64,000 nt of DNA, taken from an uncultured Gammaproteobacteria bacterium (GTDB lineage Bacteria; Pseudomonadota; Gammaproteobacteria; UBA9214). Position 1 is the stretch's first letter; each line of letters starts with the position of its first letter. A model generated the notes under the pieces. The model saw nothing but the letters and a program-made list of their open reading frames with translations. It had not been told where the DNA came from and did no database searches. The position numbers were made by a program, and so were the translations under genes. This document shows positions 62,121 to 64,000 of the stretch, piece by piece. The DNA lies in NCBI GenBank assembly GCA_963748215.1, contig CAVVHS010000002.1, forward strand, positions 32,001 to 96,000, read 5' to 3'.

Positions 62121-62350
62121 TTGTTGAGCCTTGCCCTCGCCCGCGCAAATACTTCTTCGGCTGGAATAATCTCGACATCTCCCACCTTAACTTCCTTATA
62201 CCGTCGTTCAGCTTCTTCTAGCCATGCTTTTTCGACATCTTCGTCCATACTTCCGTCAAGATCAGCAATCAGAGCCCTTAGCAGATGCATACGATCATCG
62301 ACACTTAACGATCGTATTTCGTTTTCGATATCTTCAATTGTCTTGCCCAT
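62117..62350 (-). CDS. Cassette: addiction-module antitoxin (TIGR02574-like)
   Basis: LSVDDRMHL, AWLEEAERRY, IPAEEVF. Confidence 0.88.
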   Translation of the reverse strand: MGKTIEDIENEIRSLSVDDRMHLLRALIADLDGSMDEDVEKAWLEEAERRYKEVKVGDVEIIPAEEVFARARARLNK

Positions 62351-62402
62351 AAGCCTTCTCCGAACTGTTGCTGATTAAATATTACTCTGATGTATCAATG
62401 AC

Positions 62403-62489
62403 CGCTAACGTCTCACATCACCGGCAGCAAAAAACAGAGCGAGGGACGAGCGGCGCTTTTTGCTGTCCGAGTGCATGTAATTGTTAGCC
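62403..62489 (-). other. attC
   Basis: CGCTAAC...GTTAGCC. Confidence 0.88.
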
Positions 62490-62747
62490 GATTTTTGATT
62501 TAAGCTGCTTCTTTTTTTGTTCACCTATTTCATTCCAATGTTTGTCAATCAAGGCCCCTTCAAACGAATACAGGTAATAACAAACCGGCAACGTTTCTTC
62601 TGGGTATTTTTCTTTAATCATCTGGTGTGCGCCAACCGCACCAACATGCCGTAGTTCATCTTCAGAATAAACACCAATTTCATTTAAGCGGCTGGCAATT
62701 TTTTTGCCGATATTTTTTAGCTCAGTAAGACTTCTATTTCGAGACAT
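62484..62747 (-). CDS. Cassette: TfoX/Sxy C-terminal-like protein
   Basis: LTELKNIGK..LNEIGV..DEL..VGAV.A...LYSFEGAL...W. Confidence 0.82.
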   Translation of the reverse strand: MSRNRSLTELKNIGKKIASRLNEIGVYSEDELRHVGAVGAHQMIKEKYPEETLPVCYYLYSFEGALIDKHWNEIGEQKKKQLKSKIG

Positions 62748-63159
62748 AATCACTTTGATACTCTTCGGTTGGCTCAAAAGATTGAACAATGTCCAAATAG
62801 ACTCCGTTCGGGTCCTGAATACAGAAGTGTCGCTGACCCCAGTCCTCAGAACGCAATTCGAGCGCAATATTAAGCAATTTAGATTTAGCTACGGCGAAAG
62901 CGGCATCTGAATCCTCCACTTCCAAGCTGAAGATGACACCTTCGCCAGAGTGTGGTTTTTGGAATATTGGTGGTTGTGTGGGTTGATCTGGCAGCATAAA
63001 ACCAACCTGAACACCCATACTCGAAACTAGGTGAATATACCAATCACCCGAGAAGACAACATCAAAGCCAAGGTTCTCTGTGTAGAAGGATTTTGCCGCA
63101 TCGAGATCCTTAACGATAAACACGGGAAATGAGCTTTTTGGTTCTATCATTTGTGACAC
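62734..63159 (-). CDS. Cassette: VOC/glyoxalase family protein
   Basis: VKDLDAAKSFY, EDWGQRHF..QDPNG. Confidence 0.88.
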   Translation of the reverse strand: MSQMIEPKSSFPVFIVKDLDAAKSFYTENLGFDVVFSGDWYIHLVSSMGVQVGFMLPDQPTQPPIFQKPHSGEGVIFSLEVEDSDAAFAVAKSKLLNIALELRSEDWGQRHFCIQDPNGVYLDIVQSFEPTEEYQSDYVSK

Positions 63160-63171
63160 CTCCTTTTTTAC

Positions 63172-63252
63172 GGCTAACGCCAGCCATAACCGGCGACAAA
63201 AAGCGGAGCGCAGCGTAGCTTTTTGGTGTCCGTGTTTATGGCATTGTTATGT
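63172..63252 (-). other. attC
   Basis: GGCTAAC...GTTATGT. Confidence 0.88.
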
Positions 63253-63261
63253 TCTTTTGTT

Positions 63262-63798
63262 TTACCAGTACACAGGATCATTGAATTCCTTTACGCACAC
63301 AGGACGCTCGTTAATGGTTGGAATTGGCTCATCCGTTAAAGATTGGCCTAACCAGCCAAAAGGCATTGAGAGCTTTAGCGGGGCCTGAATTACATTTTCT
63401 GAAAGCGCCAGAAACCCGACCTTTGAATAAAAGGATGAATCTCCATATGTAACAGCAACATTAGCAGAGCGCCTTTTAAGTTCATTAAGCCCGTAATTGA
63501 TTAATGCCTGACCGATTCCTTTCCCCTGATGTTCAGCGCTTACTGCAACTGGGGCAAGCATGTAAACCTGAATAGGCTTACTAAACTGAAGGCGAGTGAA
63601 GAAAATAGAACCGATGAGTGTTTCATCTTCGTATACGCCGATACAGATTATTTCATTGTTGTCGATGTTTGATGCCAACTGTGAAGAAAGGTTACCAATC
63701 AATTTCCCTTCCTTTTCGCCCTCTGATGAGGTGAATACAGAAGTGAATAGCTCTTCTACCTCTTTTTGTTTTGATTTGTCTAGAATTCGGTGAATCAT
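63262..63798 (-). CDS. Cassette: GNAT acetyltransferase
   Basis: LAPVAVSAEHQGKGIGQALI, TYGD..FYSKVGF. Confidence 0.9.
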   Translation of the reverse strand: MIHRILDKSKQKEVEELFTSVFTSSEGEKEGKLIGNLSSQLASNIDNNEIICIGVYEDETLIGSIFFTRLQFSKPIQVYMLAPVAVSAEHQGKGIGQALINYGLNELKRRSANVAVTYGDSSFYSKVGFLALSENVIQAPLKLSMPFGWLGQSLTDEPIPTINERPVCVKEFNDPVYW

Positions 63799-63837
63799 GC
63801 CTTACCTTTCAAGATTACTGCACTTATCGCTTTTGGA

Positions 63838-63927
63838 ACATAACGGTTGAGGCAAGCCGCGCCGCCACGGTAACTACCGCGTAGCGCCACCGTACATTCC
63901 GGCGTCGGCTTCGGCGATTTGTTATGT
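63838..63927 (-). other. attC
   Basis: ACATAAC...GTTATGT. Confidence 0.88.
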
Positions 63928-64000
63928 TGCCAGAAACACCGAAGCAGGCGACTTGCACACCACAACGAAGTCCGGCGACTGAGGGCAAGAATTTCGCCAA

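Larger units (their letters stand above)
44432..64000 (-). mobile_element. Integron gene-cassette array (~30 attC; integrase/attI not in window, expected beyond the right edge)
   Basis: Short co-oriented, lower-GC ORFs, each followed by an RYYYAAC...GTTRRRY imperfect palindrome of ~50-105 bp. Confidence 0.95.

Noticed and set aside
44432-64000. CRISPR array interpretation of the recurring repeats
   Set aside because: The repeats are variable 50-105-bp palindromes separated by whole genes, with RYYYAAC/GTTRRRY ends; no cas genes
33000-64000. Integron integrase or prophage genes
   Set aside because: No tyrosine-recombinase motif set and no phage structural genes among the ORFs

Overview
High-GC (about 60-65% by eye) gammaproteobacterial chromosome segment, probably from a sulfur oxidiser (it carries a dsrL homologue). 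1-33 kb is mostly core: hemE, trkH-trkA, GNAT+M20 pair, LtaS/MdoB-like sulfatase-fold protein, GNAT-nitrilase fusion, fructosamine kinase, 5'-3' exonuclease, HNH, an orphan dsrL, pntAA-pntAB-pntB, a DnaA-box/AT-rich intergenic region (possible oriC), priA, argS and a SPOR/FtsN-like gene. At 10.1-16.8 kb sits an unusual four-gene module: a TLC/Npt (ATP/ADP translocase-like) transporter, two exported penicillin-binding/class A beta-lactamase-fold serine hydrolases, and a 993-aa signal-peptide protein whose phospho-His -> ATP-grasp domain order and motifs resemble plant glucan-water dikinases. This is the best candidate for an undescribed system. 33-44 kb is a run of short minus-strand accessory genes with REP/MITE debris. 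From about 44.4 kb to the window end is a minus-strand integron cassette array with about 30 attC sites; no integrase is in the window. The array holds six toxin-antitoxin cassettes, five sharing one attC sequence family, and a decayed IS1111 (IS110 family) element inserted into an attC, whose downstream non-coding region has candidate seek/bridge-RNA guides matching the attC core and the IS circle junction. All product calls come from motif recognition by eye; no database searches were run.
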